Shown piece by piece: positions 1-10,811 of a stretch of 64,000 nucleotides of DNA. The notes under the pieces were generated by a model. That model made no database searches. It saw nothing but the letters and a program-made list of their open reading frames with translations, and was not told where the DNA came from. Within the stretch, counting starts at the first letter, position 1, and the number at the start of each line of letters is the position of its first letter. Source of the DNA: a virus; the IMG/VR virus record IMGVR_UViG_3300027734_000045, positions 57,062 through 121,061 of that record. One strand, written 5' to 3'. The position numbers were made by a program, and so were the translations under genes.

Positions 1-1
1 T

Positions 2-3000
2 CGTGAACTGTATTTGAAAGATCTCTTCGCTAAGAAGAAGGCCGAAATAGACGAAGCTAGTAAAGCTACAGGACCTTCACCTGATGCTGCCGCTGAAGGC
101 AAGGTGAAGGCCAAGAACAAGGCCGAGGCAAAAGGCAAGATGGCCGAGCCTGCCACGGACGCGCAAAAAAACTACGTAAAGGCAATGCTGAAGAACCCAG
201 CAGTTCCAGACGATGTTCGCTCTAGAATTCAGGCTGACCTCGATGAGCAAGGCGACGCGATAAACAAGAACGACATCGGTCTTCACATCGCTGAGCTAAA
301 GAACTACCCGAGCAAGAGTCTGCCGACAGACAAGATGTATAACTCGATACAGCGTGAGCTCTACGCCCGCGGAGCCTCTCCTGAAGAAGTCGATAAGATT
401 CTTGCTGACCTGCCTAACATGGACAAGAAGCAGGCCTCAGACCTAATCGGTTCGCTGAAGGAGAAACCAGACCTTGCCGGCGAAGAGGCAACTAAAAACG
501 GATTTGAAGAAACCACCAATGAGTCTGATAAGTACGATGGTCAGCGCCGCTGGACGAAGGTTGAAGCAGGTAAGCGAACTACAGTTCTGCTAAACGGTGA
601 TGGCTGGAGAGTTAATCACCAAAGCAACGTAGACCCAGCAACTGGAACCTGGAACGACTCGCAAATGCAGTCGATAGACCACGACTCAGAAAAGAGTTCC
701 AGCGCCGACGACGTGTTTAAGAACGCGGCTGACACCCACGAAACTCTCGGAGCCAAGGAAGAGCTTCCAATCGACGAGAGTGCTGTTGCCGCTGACGTAG
801 CCGCAGAAGTTAAGGAGCTTAGCGACAAGCAAAAAGAGCCTGCCACCGATAAGCAGCGCGCGTTTGTTGATAGTCTTCTTGCCAACCCAAAGGTTCCAGC
901 CGACGTAAAGAGTGACATCGAGTCTAAACTTGCCGCAAAGCCAGACATGAACAAGGCAGAGATTGGCGAGATTATTGGTGCCCTAAAGAAGCTCCCTGGC
1001 TCAGACGCACCTACCAGTAAGATGCTCAACTCAGTAAAGCGCGAGCTCATCGCACGTGGCGTTCCAGTCAACGAGGCGAATGAGACTAGAGCTAACCTAG
1101 ACGGCATGAGCAAGAGCGAGGTCTCAGACCTAATCAGCAAGCTAAAGAGTAAGGACGATGCCGCAGGAGCTCAAGCAGCGGCTAACGGCTTTGTTGAGGC
1201 CACCACTCCAGAGGACCAGGCAGGCGGAGTTCGCAGGTTCAACCTACTTGGAAGTGACGATGAGCTTCTAGCTGCACTTACGCTAGACGGCGAAGGCTTC
1301 ACCGTGAACCGCAAGGATGAGAACGGCGAGGACGACGAGTTGTTCCTTGGTCGCAACCTAGGTAGCTTTGAGAGAATCGCAAACGCGGCTAAGGCTGCGC
1401 AGGACCTAAAGAACACAGACGTCACTAAGACTCCTGGATTCGACAGTGAGTCAGACAGAGAAAAGAAGATTGCTACGGCTACGTACAACAGACCTGGAGA
1501 CAGTGGCACCTGGATGGAGGGCAAGACTCCAGATGGACAGCGCGGTTGGTCGTACTACGATGCCGATGGAAATGTTACTGAGGTAACTGAAAATCCCGAT
1601 GGCTCATTTACTAGACGCAGCAGCGACGCCCCTGAGCCTGTCACCTTTGATAGCGTAGACGAGGCGTTCTCGCTTGACAGTAAGCCAAGCGACACTGGCA
1701 GTAAGATGTCAGACTTCCAGGACGACTTTGACGACATAATCGAGGCGGTTCAAGGACTAGACTTGTCAGGAGACGATGAGTCAAGCGACGACACTCCTGC
1801 GTCAGACCTAAAGAACTACGTGTCTAATCAAGTTACGCAAGCGGAAGAGCTCATCAAGAAAGGTGACCTTCTCTCCGCGCAGGCCTCGCTGGCCCTTGCC
1901 GCGGCTGACGCAAACGATTCAGACGTCCCTGGAGCAGATGAGCTAGGAGACGCGCTGAACAACGCAGCTAAGTCGATAGCTGACATTAGAGAAGCGCAAA
2001 AGGCACTTGGCCAAGGTAGTGGCGGCGGAGATGAGCCTCCAAGCACTAACGCTCCTTCGTCTGCAGGCGACGACGACTTTGAAAACAACGTACGTGACGT
2101 CTCTGGCGACATCATGAGCATAGGCGAGGAACTAGACAAGAACCTCAAGAGCTCTGCGATAAACGCCATAGAAGAGCGCGAGGTTGCAGACGGTAGAACT
2201 ATTCTAAAGAACGCAGAAGACTCAATGGGTCAGGCGCAGGAGGCACTTGCCGCTGGAGACACTGAGACTGCAAGAAAGCTTATCGACCAGGCAGCTAGTC
2301 AACTAGCCGACGCGTCAGACGTCTTCGAAAACATCTTGGACCAGTCCGATGAAGGCAAGGCGGTAAGAAAGCTTGGAAAGAGTGCCGGTGACCTCGCTCT
2401 TAAGATAAGAGAAACTCTTCTTGATGGACAACCGCGAGGCGGAGGATCTGCCGGTGACAGAATCTTTGGCAAGGCTGGAATCTCCGATGACAGAATCATG
2501 CAGGCCATGGAGGACGTTGACGACTGGGTGGCATCCGAGAAAGGCAACGAGGTTTCTGGATGGGATAACAAGGTAGGCAACCTAGACCAGATGATTTCTA
2601 GTTTCAACGACGAGCCAGAGGCGCGCATGCAGAAGACCGCAGAGGCTCTGTACGAGCTAGGTCGTGAACTTGAAGACAATGGCTACAAGGATTCTGCGAA
2701 CACCTTGTTCGACATGTCCAAGGCACTTTCAGACGAGTTCTACGGTGACTCTGACGAAGACGAAGACGAGACCTCCACTTCAGGCACTGCAGAGTACGCG
2801 CCGGCGACAGACTGGACTCCTGCTGAGAACGGGTTTAACTTTACTGGCGGAGATGAGCCGGGAGAGGTCTCAGCAGCCTTAGCTAAAAAGAAGAAAAAGG
2901 TAGAAGACCTTATCGCAGATGGCGACTACGGAGGCGCGCTAGACGAGCTCTTCGACGGAGCGGCGAGCATTCCAATGAGCCGCGCCATGGAAGACGACCT

Positions 3001-6000
3001 CTCTGGATCGTACGACGGCATTCAAGATGGAGACGTCTTCTACCAAAACGCCGATACCATAGTCTATAAAACCAAGGATGGTCGCTGGAGAGTCTACTCT
3101 AAAGACGAGACGGACGGGTTTATCGACACCGGAGAGCCTGCCACTGACCAACTAGCCGACGAGCTTCTTAAGGAGATGATGGCGCCAAAGAGTGATTGGA
3201 CACAGGCAAGATTCTATGACCCTCGCCTAAATGACTTGTTCCACGCCAACAACGCGCCTGGCCCGAGCGGAAACCCAGCTAACCACACGAGTACTCCTAA
3301 CTACAAGATTAGCTTCGACGGTCTTCGCATGCCAGACGACTGGGCAGGTGACCTTGGTCTTCCTGAAAAGGGCGAGGAAGAAGAACCTTACTCTGACGGT
3401 GAACTAATCGACACCTGGCTAAAAAATAACGGTCTAGATGAGCTTGGCGTAAAGTGGGACCCAAGCTCAACAGAGACTACGTTTGGCGGAGCAAACGTCA
3501 ACTTTGAGATTCCTGAAGGTGCCAAGGACAAGTTTGGCGAGGCCTACTATGGAGAAGGTGCCACCTGGAAGGACCTCGAAGACGACGAGATTCCAGAGGC
3601 CATCGAAGGCGGAGAACCCTCTTCATCAATCTATTCAGACACCGAGAAAGCTGCGATGAATCGCAATATCGGCGACAGCGTAGTAGTAGTTGGTAAGAAG
3701 GGCAAGGAGAAGCCTGGAAAGATTATCGGCGTCGTACCTAGTTCTATCGGACAGTACATAGTAGAGCACGATGATGGAAGCACCTCTCTTCCTTGGTACT
3801 TTGACCTCAAGCCAGAAGGCGCAGAAACTCCTTCCGCTGACAAAAAGCCTACAGAGGCCAGATTCAACGGCAAGATTGGCGACAGCGTAGTAGTAGTTGG
3901 TAAGAAGGGCAAGGAGAAGCCTGGAAAGATTATCGGCTACGTACCTGGCTCAATCGGGCAGTACATCGTAGAACACGATGACGGAAGCTCCTCTCTTCCT
4001 TGGTACTTCGACATGAAGGCAGACGGCTTAGAAACTCCTTCCGCAGATGGAGAAGGTACTACAACCTCTCCAGCAGAAACTGAGAAACCTAAAAAGGGTA
4101 ACCAGATTGGCGAACGTATCGTCGTGATTGGTAAGAAGGGCAAGGAGAAGCCTGGAAAGATTATCGGCTACGTACCTGGCTCAATCGGGCAGTACATCGT
4201 AGAACACGACGATGGAACAACATCTCTTCCTTGGTCCTACGAAACTAAACCTGAAGGTGGAGAAACTAACCTAGGCTCAAGCGGCAGAAGCTCCGAGCAA
4301 GTGGCTAGAGACGCAGAAAACGCTAAGAAGACTGCGAACGAGCTTGCCGCGGAGTGGAACAGCAAACCTTTCCCTATCGCAGACCCAGACAGTCTTGCCA
4401 GTGAAGAGTCTCTCACTAAGATGAGAAACATACTGCTAGACGGCGCAACCAACTCTGATTACTTTGGTCCAGCGTTGAAGGCAATAGACGACCCAAATCT
4501 GTCAGGCACCGAGAAACTACAAAGAATCGCTGACGCGCTAACTGAACGTGGAGTTGGCTCTGATGGAAAAGGCGTCGACCTCCCTAATGCAAACCCTGGA
4601 CTTCCTCTAAACGGAGACTACTCTGGAAGAGAAAAGGCCTTGTGGGCTAAGTCAAACATAACAAGGGCGCTAAATCTAAATGGAATTTTCTCTACCAAGG
4701 AAAAAGAAGCAGGAAAAGATAAGCTAAGTCCTAGGCTACAAAAAATCGTTGACGCAGAGCTAAAGAAGCGCAGTGAAGGTGACGAGGGCAACGAAGGTAC
4801 AGGTGGTGTCGACCCAAAAGTACCAAGCCCTAGTAAGCCAGGGGGAGGTGGCGCAGAGGCTAGTACCAGCGAAAACTCCTCGCCGGAGCTCACGTCAAAG
4901 GTAGAAGGAACAAACGCGCAGCTCACAAAGCGCTTTGCCTCTCGCGACGAACGAGACGCCTGGCTAAAAAGCATTCCTAAAGGAGCAGAGGCCGGAATTG
5001 CAATATCTATATCCAGCCCGACTGACTTTGATTTTTACAACAAAAAGCGTGAACACTACGAAGTAAAAATCGACTTCGACACGCGCACCGAGGGGCTAGG
5101 CGTGCCTAAGGGGTTAGGCGCAGGTAGAAAGAAGGCTATCGAGTGGGCCGAAAAGGAAGGATTCGATCTCTCTGAGGGAGAGCACAGCAGCGAATCCCTG
5201 GTTCCAAAGGTTAACGTTGACGACAAGATTACAATGTCCAACATTAGATTTGATGACAAGATCGACCAAGCCGAAAAGATTGAGGCTAAACTAAAGCCTG
5301 GAGAAGAAAAGGACTCAGCGAGACTTAGAATTAAGTTGGCTAGAGACAAGATTTCTAAGGCAAGAAAGGCTCGCCTAGACGGAGACCTCGAGGAAAGCGA
5401 AAAGCTAACTGAGGAGGCCTCGGCCGAGCTAACCGCGATGGCTGAGGACATAGAAAAATACATGGTTAGCCCAAAAAGCCAAGACGCTAAGTATGGATTA
5501 AAGAACAAAGAGATACGAGAAGACGCAGCAAAGCTAGCCAAAGCAGTCGAAGCAGTTACGGCAAAAAGTAGAATAGCCTTTGCTGAAGAAAAAGAGGCTA
5601 AGTCGACTGAGTCTTCTGCATCTAGCTCAAGTACCATAACAGGCGACAAGTACAAGAAACTTATCGACAACGCGTACGAAAAGTACGACCCGGGAGTAGC
5701 TCAGCACAGCTGGGACACAAAGGGAATTGGCGAGTCAATCATGTCTCACCTTACCGGGATAGCTGACGACATCAAGTCAGGCAAGGAACTAGACGCCAAG
5801 GACGCCGCAAAGAAGATGCGTCAGCTTGCCTCGATGTACAACGAACTTGCTGACGCAGCAACTGGCAGTGAGGGAGAAGATGGAGCTGAGTGGAGCACAG
5901 ACGACTCCTCGATACAGGACCTTATCCAAGGTGCCCAAGAACTTGAGAAGCAGGCTGACCTGCTTGACCCTAAGGCGGTCGATAGCCCAAAAGCTGAAGC

Positions 6001-9000
6001 GCCTAGCGAACCTGACAGCGGTGAAACACAGGAGCCTATTTCAGTAGACAGTGTACTTACAGATGGAAGTTTAGCCAGCAAAATTACAAAGAACGCAGAC
6101 ATGGACGCAGCTGAGCTCGAGCAGCTGAGCACCAGAATAGCTAAAGAGTTAGAGAACAATCCTCAACTAGCCGCGGTGCTAAAGCTTAGTGGAGATAGTC
6201 CTATTCTTAGCGCCCTTGAAGAACTAAACTCCTCTAATGGAGAGTCTTCACAAGGTTTAGAAGGCGACCTCAACGTTCTAAGAGACACCCTAGACTCTAC
6301 AATAGAAGACAGCGAACTAATAGACTCGCTAACTAGGCTGCTAAAGAGCGTAGAAAAGAAAAACAACACCAAGAACCTAACTGGTTTTAAAAAGATTAGC
6401 GAGGCCAAGGGCTCTAACCCAGGTGGAATCTACGAGGACCCTAAGACAGGCGAGCGCTTCTACGTAAAGTTCCCTAAGTCAACACTTCATGGCGAAAACG
6501 AGGCACTTGCCTCAGCCATCTACGAAGAGCTAGGTGTACGCTCAGTCAAGGTCGAGCAGGGAGAACTTGATGGCAAGCCTGTCACCTACACCAGGATGAT
6601 AGACGGCGCTAAGAGTGACCTAAAGGATAAGCTATCAGACAAGTTCTACATGAAGCAGCTGCAGGAAGGCTTTGCGGTTGACGCTCTTCTTGCCAACTGG
6701 GACGTGGCCGGCCTAGAGTACGACAACGTGGTATCTGACGCAGAGGGACTTCCTGTTCGCGTTGACCCAGGAGGCGCGCTTCTGTTCCGCGCTCAGGGAA
6801 CTCCAAAGACAGACGACCAGTTCAATGAAAACGTACCCGAGCTGGACACCTTTACCGACAAGAACAGCTCGCGTCCTGCCGCCAAGATATTTAGCTCGAT
6901 GACTGCAAGTGAAAAGTTGGACTCCGCGGTAAAGCTTAGTGACCTAGACGATGACGTTATCGATAACTTGGTGAATGAACACATCTCAGATGAAGCCGCG
7001 GCAGATAAGCTAAAGAAGCTCCTCAAGGCCCGTAGGGACAACATCCTAAGCAAACTAGTATCATCTAAGGTATTCGAAGACGAGGCCTCTAAGCAAGGCG
7101 AGAGCAGCGAACCGGACGAGGAATTCCCGCCGTACGCCTATGGCGAAAAGAAGTCGCACTCTGAAGGTGACCGAGTTGACGTGCTGTGGGACCCTAAAAA
7201 TGGCGTAGAAATGACAGGCGAGGTCGTGTCTGGTCCAACTGAAGACCAGATGTATAAGATTAGGCTCGATGACTCAAAGGTTAATGGCGACCAGGCTGGC
7301 AATGTAATAACTGCTAACATAGTGTCTCTTCGTCCAGAGCAGGCAAAGCCAAACTTTGATGAAGACGAGAAACCTGCTGCAGCTCCTGAGGTGAAGACCT
7401 CTACAGGCGAGCTAAAGCCTGGAGACAAGGTTGTCTACAAGGACGGCTCAACTGGAACTATCGTCAAGGCGGACAAGAACCCTAAGTACGTTCACGTTGC
7501 GATGGACAGCAAGGGTGGAAAGCTTCAAATCAAGGCTCTAAGCAAGTTGACCAAGGTCGAGAGTGCGCCAGACGAAAAGGCAGCGCCTGCTCTATCTCCA
7601 TCTGGTAAGAAAATCGTTCCTAAACCTACTGCCAAGACTGTGCCAACGAAAACTGAGCCAGAGCCAGCAGCGGATGCAGACGCCACCTCCACTGGATTCA
7701 CTAACTTCAAGGACGCGAACGGCGTCACTTGGTCATCGTCCATAACGCAGAAGTCCAATGGCGACACTGTAATTAAGTGGGATGGCACTAACGGAGAAAC
7801 GTTCCCGGTCTACCTAGAGTTAGATAGCTTTGCTGGTACTTGGAAGGTAATGAAAACTGACTGGGCAGGACATCCGTTTTTAGTAAAGGACACCTGGGAC
7901 TCAGACAGCGCCGGGGCTCTTAACTTCGTGGCCAATGAAATTAAAGGCGGCCAGGGCGCGACAGACGACCTTGGAGATGAGCCGTCTATAGTTCCACTGA
8001 AGCCAGTTGGCAACGACATGCTTGCGTTCAACGACGGCAATGGAACAACCTATCCCGAGCTGCCTTCAGTAGTGCTGCTAAAGGACCCTGACTCTGCAGA
8101 CTCTAACCCAAAGTATTGGATTCAAATTGAGCCTGCGGCAGACCAAAACTGGTCGCCATTTGAGGACCACATGAGCTCTCCCGCCACTCGTTCTCTTGCC
8201 GAGGCGATTAGCATAGTCAACTCTCATCTAAAGAATAAGGGAGTTACTAAGGAAAACGTCGATAGTCAAGTTGGAGACAAGGAAGTTGTAAAGTGGGACG
8301 TGTACGGTCCTGGTCTAGTGACAAGCAACGTGGACACCAAGGCCTTAGCTGAAACCGGATTGATGTCTCCAGTCGACCCGACTAAGCCGATGTTTAGGGT
8401 TAAAGAGACTCCTGAAGGGTCGCTGGACTTGGTAATAGTTCCGCCTGACACTAGCGGACTGGACTTAACTGCTATTACAGTTCCTGACTCTGAATCGCTT
8501 GACGTTGCCGTCTCGGAGGCTCTGGCTGCCGACTACAAGGAGACAAGCAACTATACGCCAAATGAAAAAGAGATTAACTGGATTCAGGCGCTTAGTGGAA
8601 ACCACCTCAAGGACACGTCTAAGTGGGACGTAGATATGCTAAAGAATGCGTCATCAACTGGCACCGATGTAACTAAAAGTGGCAACGCTGGAGACGGCTA
8701 CATCGTAGACTCTAAGCAGAGGCCAATAGGTAAGGGAGAACTTGTAGTTCTGTCTGACGGTAGAACTGGAATATTAGCCCACGTAGGTCTTCCAGATGGA
8801 GAGATAAAGTACGACGCTCCTCAACCTACCGCGACAATTGTTTTTGCCGATGGAAGCACTGAAGCTGTAGACTCAGACAAGATTAGAGGTATTGGAAGAT
8901 CTCTCTCGATGGGTTACAACGCAGGCAGTGAGCTAACTAGAATTAAGAGACGCTATGAGCTGCAGAACATGGAGAAGACAGGAGTGGACCTTACTCCTGA

Positions 9001-10804
9001 GCAAAAGGCCGCGGCGGCTTCTAAACCGTTCTTTACTGGTCGAATCGTGAAAGACGCGAAGGGGGAGGAAGGCTTTATCGTCGAGGATAAGGGAGACGGC
9101 TACTTCAAGGTCCAATTTGGCGATGGCCACATCAAGTCAAGAGCCGGAAGTAAGCTCACCGCGACCGATAAACAGGTTAGGGACTACAACGGTCTAATGT
9201 ACACAGCTACCCACGTTAGAAAAGGATACGTCAAAGGCCTAATGAACTACGGGCAGACTGGCGGAGAGGGACTCGCAGTCCCGGTTCAACTTTCTGACCC
9301 GGGACAGAAGACCACTGCCGCTGGAGTTTCATACGGCAACGTGAAGGTTACCAAGAACGCGCTTGGAGCTCAACAGGTTGTTGTCGACAACCCGTTGCCT
9401 CCAACTGAGTCCGGCTTTACCAGCATCCCATCTCTCTCAACGGCCGTAGAGACAACGCTAAACCCTGACGACCCGCAGGCCGCTCTTAGAGGAGCCTCCG
9501 CAGCCTGGGACTCAGACTCAATTGAGGACCTAGACGTTAGATTCATGAGAGCAATCAACGAAAAGGGTGAGGACTCACTGTCCGCGAAGTTTAAGCTAAC
9601 TGCCTGGGCTGGAGACGCGTTTATAAATGACCTAATGAAACGCGCGGCAGAAGGCGACCAGAGCGTGACTATCACTGACGCGCTGCGCGTTCCAAAGCAG
9701 GTGATTAACTCCAACGGTGTTCTTTCATACGACCCATCTGAGCTTTCTGCAGCAGGCTTGACAGGAGCCGCGTATTCAAGCAGCGAAGGAACTACCGCCA
9801 CGGTCACCTTAGACGATGGCACTAAGATTGTCTTTATGAGAGCTGATAACGCTACAAAGGCTAAGGGAGAAGGAGTCAACCTCTCGAGCGGCACCAACGT
9901 GATTGCCTTCCACAACAAGGTGCTGGTTCTCTTCCCAGAAGGAGCTAAGAACGACCCAGACGCAATCGCTAAGGTGCTGGCACAGGCTGGAGTCCGCGAT
10001 TCCAGGCCGGCGACAGAAGCGGACGCTAAGACACTTATAGAAAACCGCCTAATCAGCATCTTTGCTGGAAAGACCAACCCGAAAACAAATCCAGGTGGCG
10101 CGACTAGAGCTACTCTCCTTGACGAGGTAAAGGCTAAGTTCGACATCGGACCGGAGGACGTGACCATGTCCACCGGCGGCGGCGGTAGAGTCGAGATGAG
10201 GCTGTCAGAAGAAAAGGCCAAGGCGCTTGCTAAAAAGACAAACATCGCTCACTTCAAGCACACGTGGCACAGTACCGGTCAAATAGCCCAAAACATGGGA
10301 GAAAGCGACGAGGACTTTAGAGATAGAGTTGCAGACGCGGTAGCCGCTAAGCTGGCGACTCCTCAAGGCGGACTTCTTTCTACGACCACTCGCTGGACAG
10401 AGGGTATCCCGACGTCAGGAATGAGCAGCGCCTCTGACGTAAAAACAGGCGGTGGAGACTACGTGTTCTTGACCCCACAAGGCGCCTGGGCTGGCAAATC
10501 TGGAAGCTATTACAACGGAGCGCCTACCATCTACTTCTCTCCAGAGAAGCTCTTCCGTAGACTTGACTTCTGGGCGAACGCGACTGACAAGTATGGCGCT
10601 AGGTCCGAGAGCAAGACAGCCATGACCGACATGGTTCCTGGCTCCTACGAGGCCATGTTCAAGCAAAGAGTTAGCTTTGACGACCTAGACTCTCTACAAG
10701 TAAGAACAGATGCGCATAGGGATGCACTTATAAAGGCGCTTAAAAAGCGTGGAGTCTACGACTTTGGCGGAGTGCCAATTGAGCAAATAATACAGGTAAG
10801 CTAA
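2..10804 (+). CDS. Giant multidomain protein (>3,600 aa, 5'-truncated), probably virion-associated; helical repeats, SH3/Tudor-like repeats, PI3K/HipA-like kinase domain, C-terminal ART-like domain
   Basis: Frame is open from nt 2 (CGT GAA CTG TAT TTG), so TTG at 14 is probably not the start. Kinase-like GSNPGG..FYVK..NEALA..DALLANWDV..DN..RVDPGG at about 6385-7050; C-terminal H..GGLLS..DYVFL..YEAMF. Lies just upstream of the head genes. Confidence 0.75.
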   Translation, partial: RELYLKDLFAKKKAEIDEASKATGPSPDAAAEGKVKAKNKAEAKGKMAEPATDAQKNYVKAMLKNPAVPDDVRSRIQADLDEQGDAINKNDIGLHIAELKNYPSKSLPTDKMYNSIQRELYARGASPEEVDKILADLPNMDKKQASDLIGSLKEKPDLAGEEATKNGFEETTNESDKYDGQRRWTKVEAGKRTTVLLNGDGWRVNHQSNVDPATGTWNDSQMQSIDHDSEKSSSADDVFKNAADTHETLGAKEELPIDESAVAADVAAEVKELSDKQKEPATDKQRAFVDSLLANPKVPADVKSDIESKLAAKPDMNKAEIGEIIGALKKLPGSDAPTSKMLNSVKRELIARGVPVNEANETRANLDGMSKSEVSDLISKLKSKDDAAGAQAAANGFVEATTPEDQAGGVRRFNLLGSDDELLAALTLDGEGFTVNRKDENGEDDELFLGRNLGSFERIANAAKAAQDLKNTDVTKTPGFDSESDREKKIATATYNRPGDSGTWMEGKTPDGQRGWSYYDADGNVTEVTENPDGSFTRRSSDAPEPVTFDSVDEAFSLDSKPSDTGSKMSDFQDDFDDIIEAVQGLDLSGDDESSDDTPASDLKNYVSNQVTQAEELIKKGDLLSAQASLALAAADANDSDVPGADELGDALNNAAKSIADIREAQKALGQGSGGGDEPPSTNAPSSAGDDDFENNVRDVSGDIMSIGEELDKNLKSSAINAIEEREVADGRTILKNAEDSMGQAQEALAAGDTETARKLIDQAASQLADASDVFENILDQSDEGKAVRKLGKSAGDLALKIRETLLDGQPRGGGSAGDRIFGKAGISDDRIMQAMEDVDDWVASEKGNEVSGWDNKVGNLDQMISSFNDEPEARMQKTAEALYELGRELEDNGYKDSANTLFDMSKALSDEFYGDSDEDEDETSTSGTAEYAPATDWTPAENGFNFTGGDEPGEVSAALAKKKKKVEDLIADGDYGGALDELFDGAASIPMSRAMEDDLSGSYDGIQDGDVFYQNADTIVYKTKDGRWRVYSKDETDGFIDTGEPATDQLADELLKEMMAPKSDWTQARFYDPRLNDLFHANNAPGPSGNPANHTSTPNYKISFDGLRMPDDWAGDLGLPEKGEEEEPYSDGELIDTWLKNNGLDELGVKWDPSSTETTFGGANVNFEIPEGAKDKFGEAYYGEGATWKDLEDDEIPEAIEGGEPSSSIYSDTEKAAMNRNIGDSVVVVGKKGKEKPGKIIGVVPSSIGQYIVEHDDGSTSLPWYFDLKPEGAETPSADKKPTEARFNGKIGDSVVVVGKKGKEKPGKIIGYVPGSIGQYIVEHDDGSSSLPWYFDMKADGLETPSADGEGTTTSPAETEKPKKGNQIGERIVVIGKKGKEKPGKIIGYVPGSIGQYIVEHDDGTTSLPWSYETKPEGGETNLGSSGRSSEQVARDAENAKKTANELAAEWNSKPFPIADPDSLASEESLTKMRNILLDGATNSDYFGPALKAIDDPNLSGTEKLQRIADALTERGVGSDGKGVDLPNANPGLPLNGDYSGREKALWAKSNITRALNLNGIFSTKEKEAGKDKLSPRLQKIVDAELKKRSEGDEGNEGTGGVDPKVPSPSKPGGGGAEASTSENSSPELTSKVEGTNAQLTKRFASRDERDAWLKSIPKGAEAGIAISISSPTDFDFYNKKREHYEVKIDFDTRTEGLGVPKGLGAGRKKAIEWAEKEGFDLSEGEHSSESLVPKVNVDDKITMSNIRFDDKIDQAEKIEAKLKPGEEKDSARLRIKLARDKISKARKARLDGDLEESEKLTEEASAELTAMAEDIEKYMVSPKSQDAKYGLKNKEIREDAAKLAKAVEAVTAKSRIAFAEEKEAKSTESSASSSSTITGDKYKKLIDNAYEKYDPGVAQHSWDTKGIGESIMSHLTGIADDIKSGKELDAKDAAKKMRQLASMYNELADAATGSEGEDGAEWSTDDSSIQDLIQGAQELEKQADLLDPKAVDSPKAEAPSEPDSGETQEPISVDSVLTDGSLASKITKNADMDAAELEQLSTRIAKELENNPQLAAVLKLSGDSPILSALEELNSSNGESSQGLEGDLNVLRDTLDSTIEDSELIDSLTRLLKSVEKKNNTKNLTGFKKISEAKGSNPGGIYEDPKTGERFYVKFPKSTLHGENEALASAIYEELGVRSVKVEQGELDGKPVTYTRMIDGAKSDLKDKLSDKFYMKQLQEGFAVDALLANWDVAGLEYDNVVSDAEGLPVRVDPGGALLFRAQGTPKTDDQFNENVPELDTFTDKNSSRPAAKIFSSMTASEKLDSAVKLSDLDDDVIDNLVNEHISDEAAADKLKKLLKARRDNILSKLVSSKVFEDEASKQGESSEPDEEFPPYAYGEKKSHSEGDRVDVLWDPKNGVEMTGEVVSGPTEDQMYKIRLDDSKVNGDQAGNVITANIVSLRPEQAKPNFDEDEKPAAAPEVKTSTGELKPGDKVVYKDGSTGTIVKADKNPKYVHVAMDSKGGKLQIKALSKLTKVESAPDEKAAPALSPSGKKIVPKPTAKTVPTKTEPEPAADADATSTGFTNFKDANGVTWSSSITQKSNGDTVIKWDGTNGETFPVYLELDSFAGTWKVMKTDWAGHPFLVKDTWDSDSAGALNFVANEIKGGQGATDDLGDEPSIVPLKPVGNDMLAFNDGNGTTYPELPSVVLLKDPDSADSNPKYWIQIEPAADQNWSPFEDHMSSPATRSLAEAISIVNSHLKNKGVTKENVDSQVGDKEVVKWDVYGPGLVTSNVDTKALAETGLMSPVDPTKPMFRVKETPEGSLDLVIVPPDTSGLDLTAITVPDSESLDVAVSEALAADYKETSNYTPNEKEINWIQALSGNHLKDTSKWDVDMLKNASSTGTDVTKSGNAGDGYIVDSKQRPIGKGELVVLSDGRTGILAHVGLPDGEIKYDAPQPTATIVFADGSTEAVDSDKIRGIGRSLSMGYNAGSELTRIKRRYELQNMEKTGVDLTPEQKAAAASKPFFTGRIVKDAKGEEGFIVEDKGDGYFKVQFGDGHIKSRAGSKLTATDKQVRDYNGLMYTATHVRKGYVKGLMNYGQTGGEGLAVPVQLSDPGQKTTAAGVSYGNVKVTKNALGAQQVVVDNPLPPTESGFTSIPSLSTAVETTLNPDDPQAALRGASAAWDSDSIEDLDVRFMRAINEKGEDSLSAKFKLTAWAGDAFINDLMKRAAEGDQSVTITDALRVPKQVINSNGVLSYDPSELSAAGLTGAAYSSSEGTTATVTLDDGTKIVFMRADNATKAKGEGVNLSSGTNVIAFHNKVLVLFPEGAKNDPDAIAKVLAQAGVRDSRPATEADAKTLIENRLISIFAGKTNPKTNPGGATRATLLDEVKAKFDIGPEDVTMSTGGGGRVEMRLSEEKAKALAKKTNIAHFKHTWHSTGQIAQNMGESDEDFRDRVADAVAAKLATPQGGLLSTTTRWTEGIPTSGMSSASDVKTGGGDYVFLTPQGAWAGKSGSYYNGAPTIYFSPEKLFRRLDFWANATDKYGARSESKTAMTDMVPGSYEAMFKQRVSFDDLDSLQVRTDAHRDALIKALKKRGVYDFGGVPIEQIIQVS
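3665..4255 (+). repeat. Three near-identical copies of a ~50-aa SH3/KOW-like module within the giant ORF
   Basis: IG(D/E)xxVV(V/I)GKKGKEKPGKIIGxVPxSIGQYIVEHDDG repeated three times; ttggtaagaagggcaaggagaagcctggaaagattatcggc is identical in all three copies. Confidence 0.9.
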
Positions 10805-10811
10805 GGTAGAG

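Noticed and set aside
3665-4255. Spaced direct repeats resembling a CRISPR array or a DGR template/variable pair
   Set aside because: The repeats are long, in frame and coding; differences are not adenine-specific; no cas or reverse transcriptase gene is in the window.
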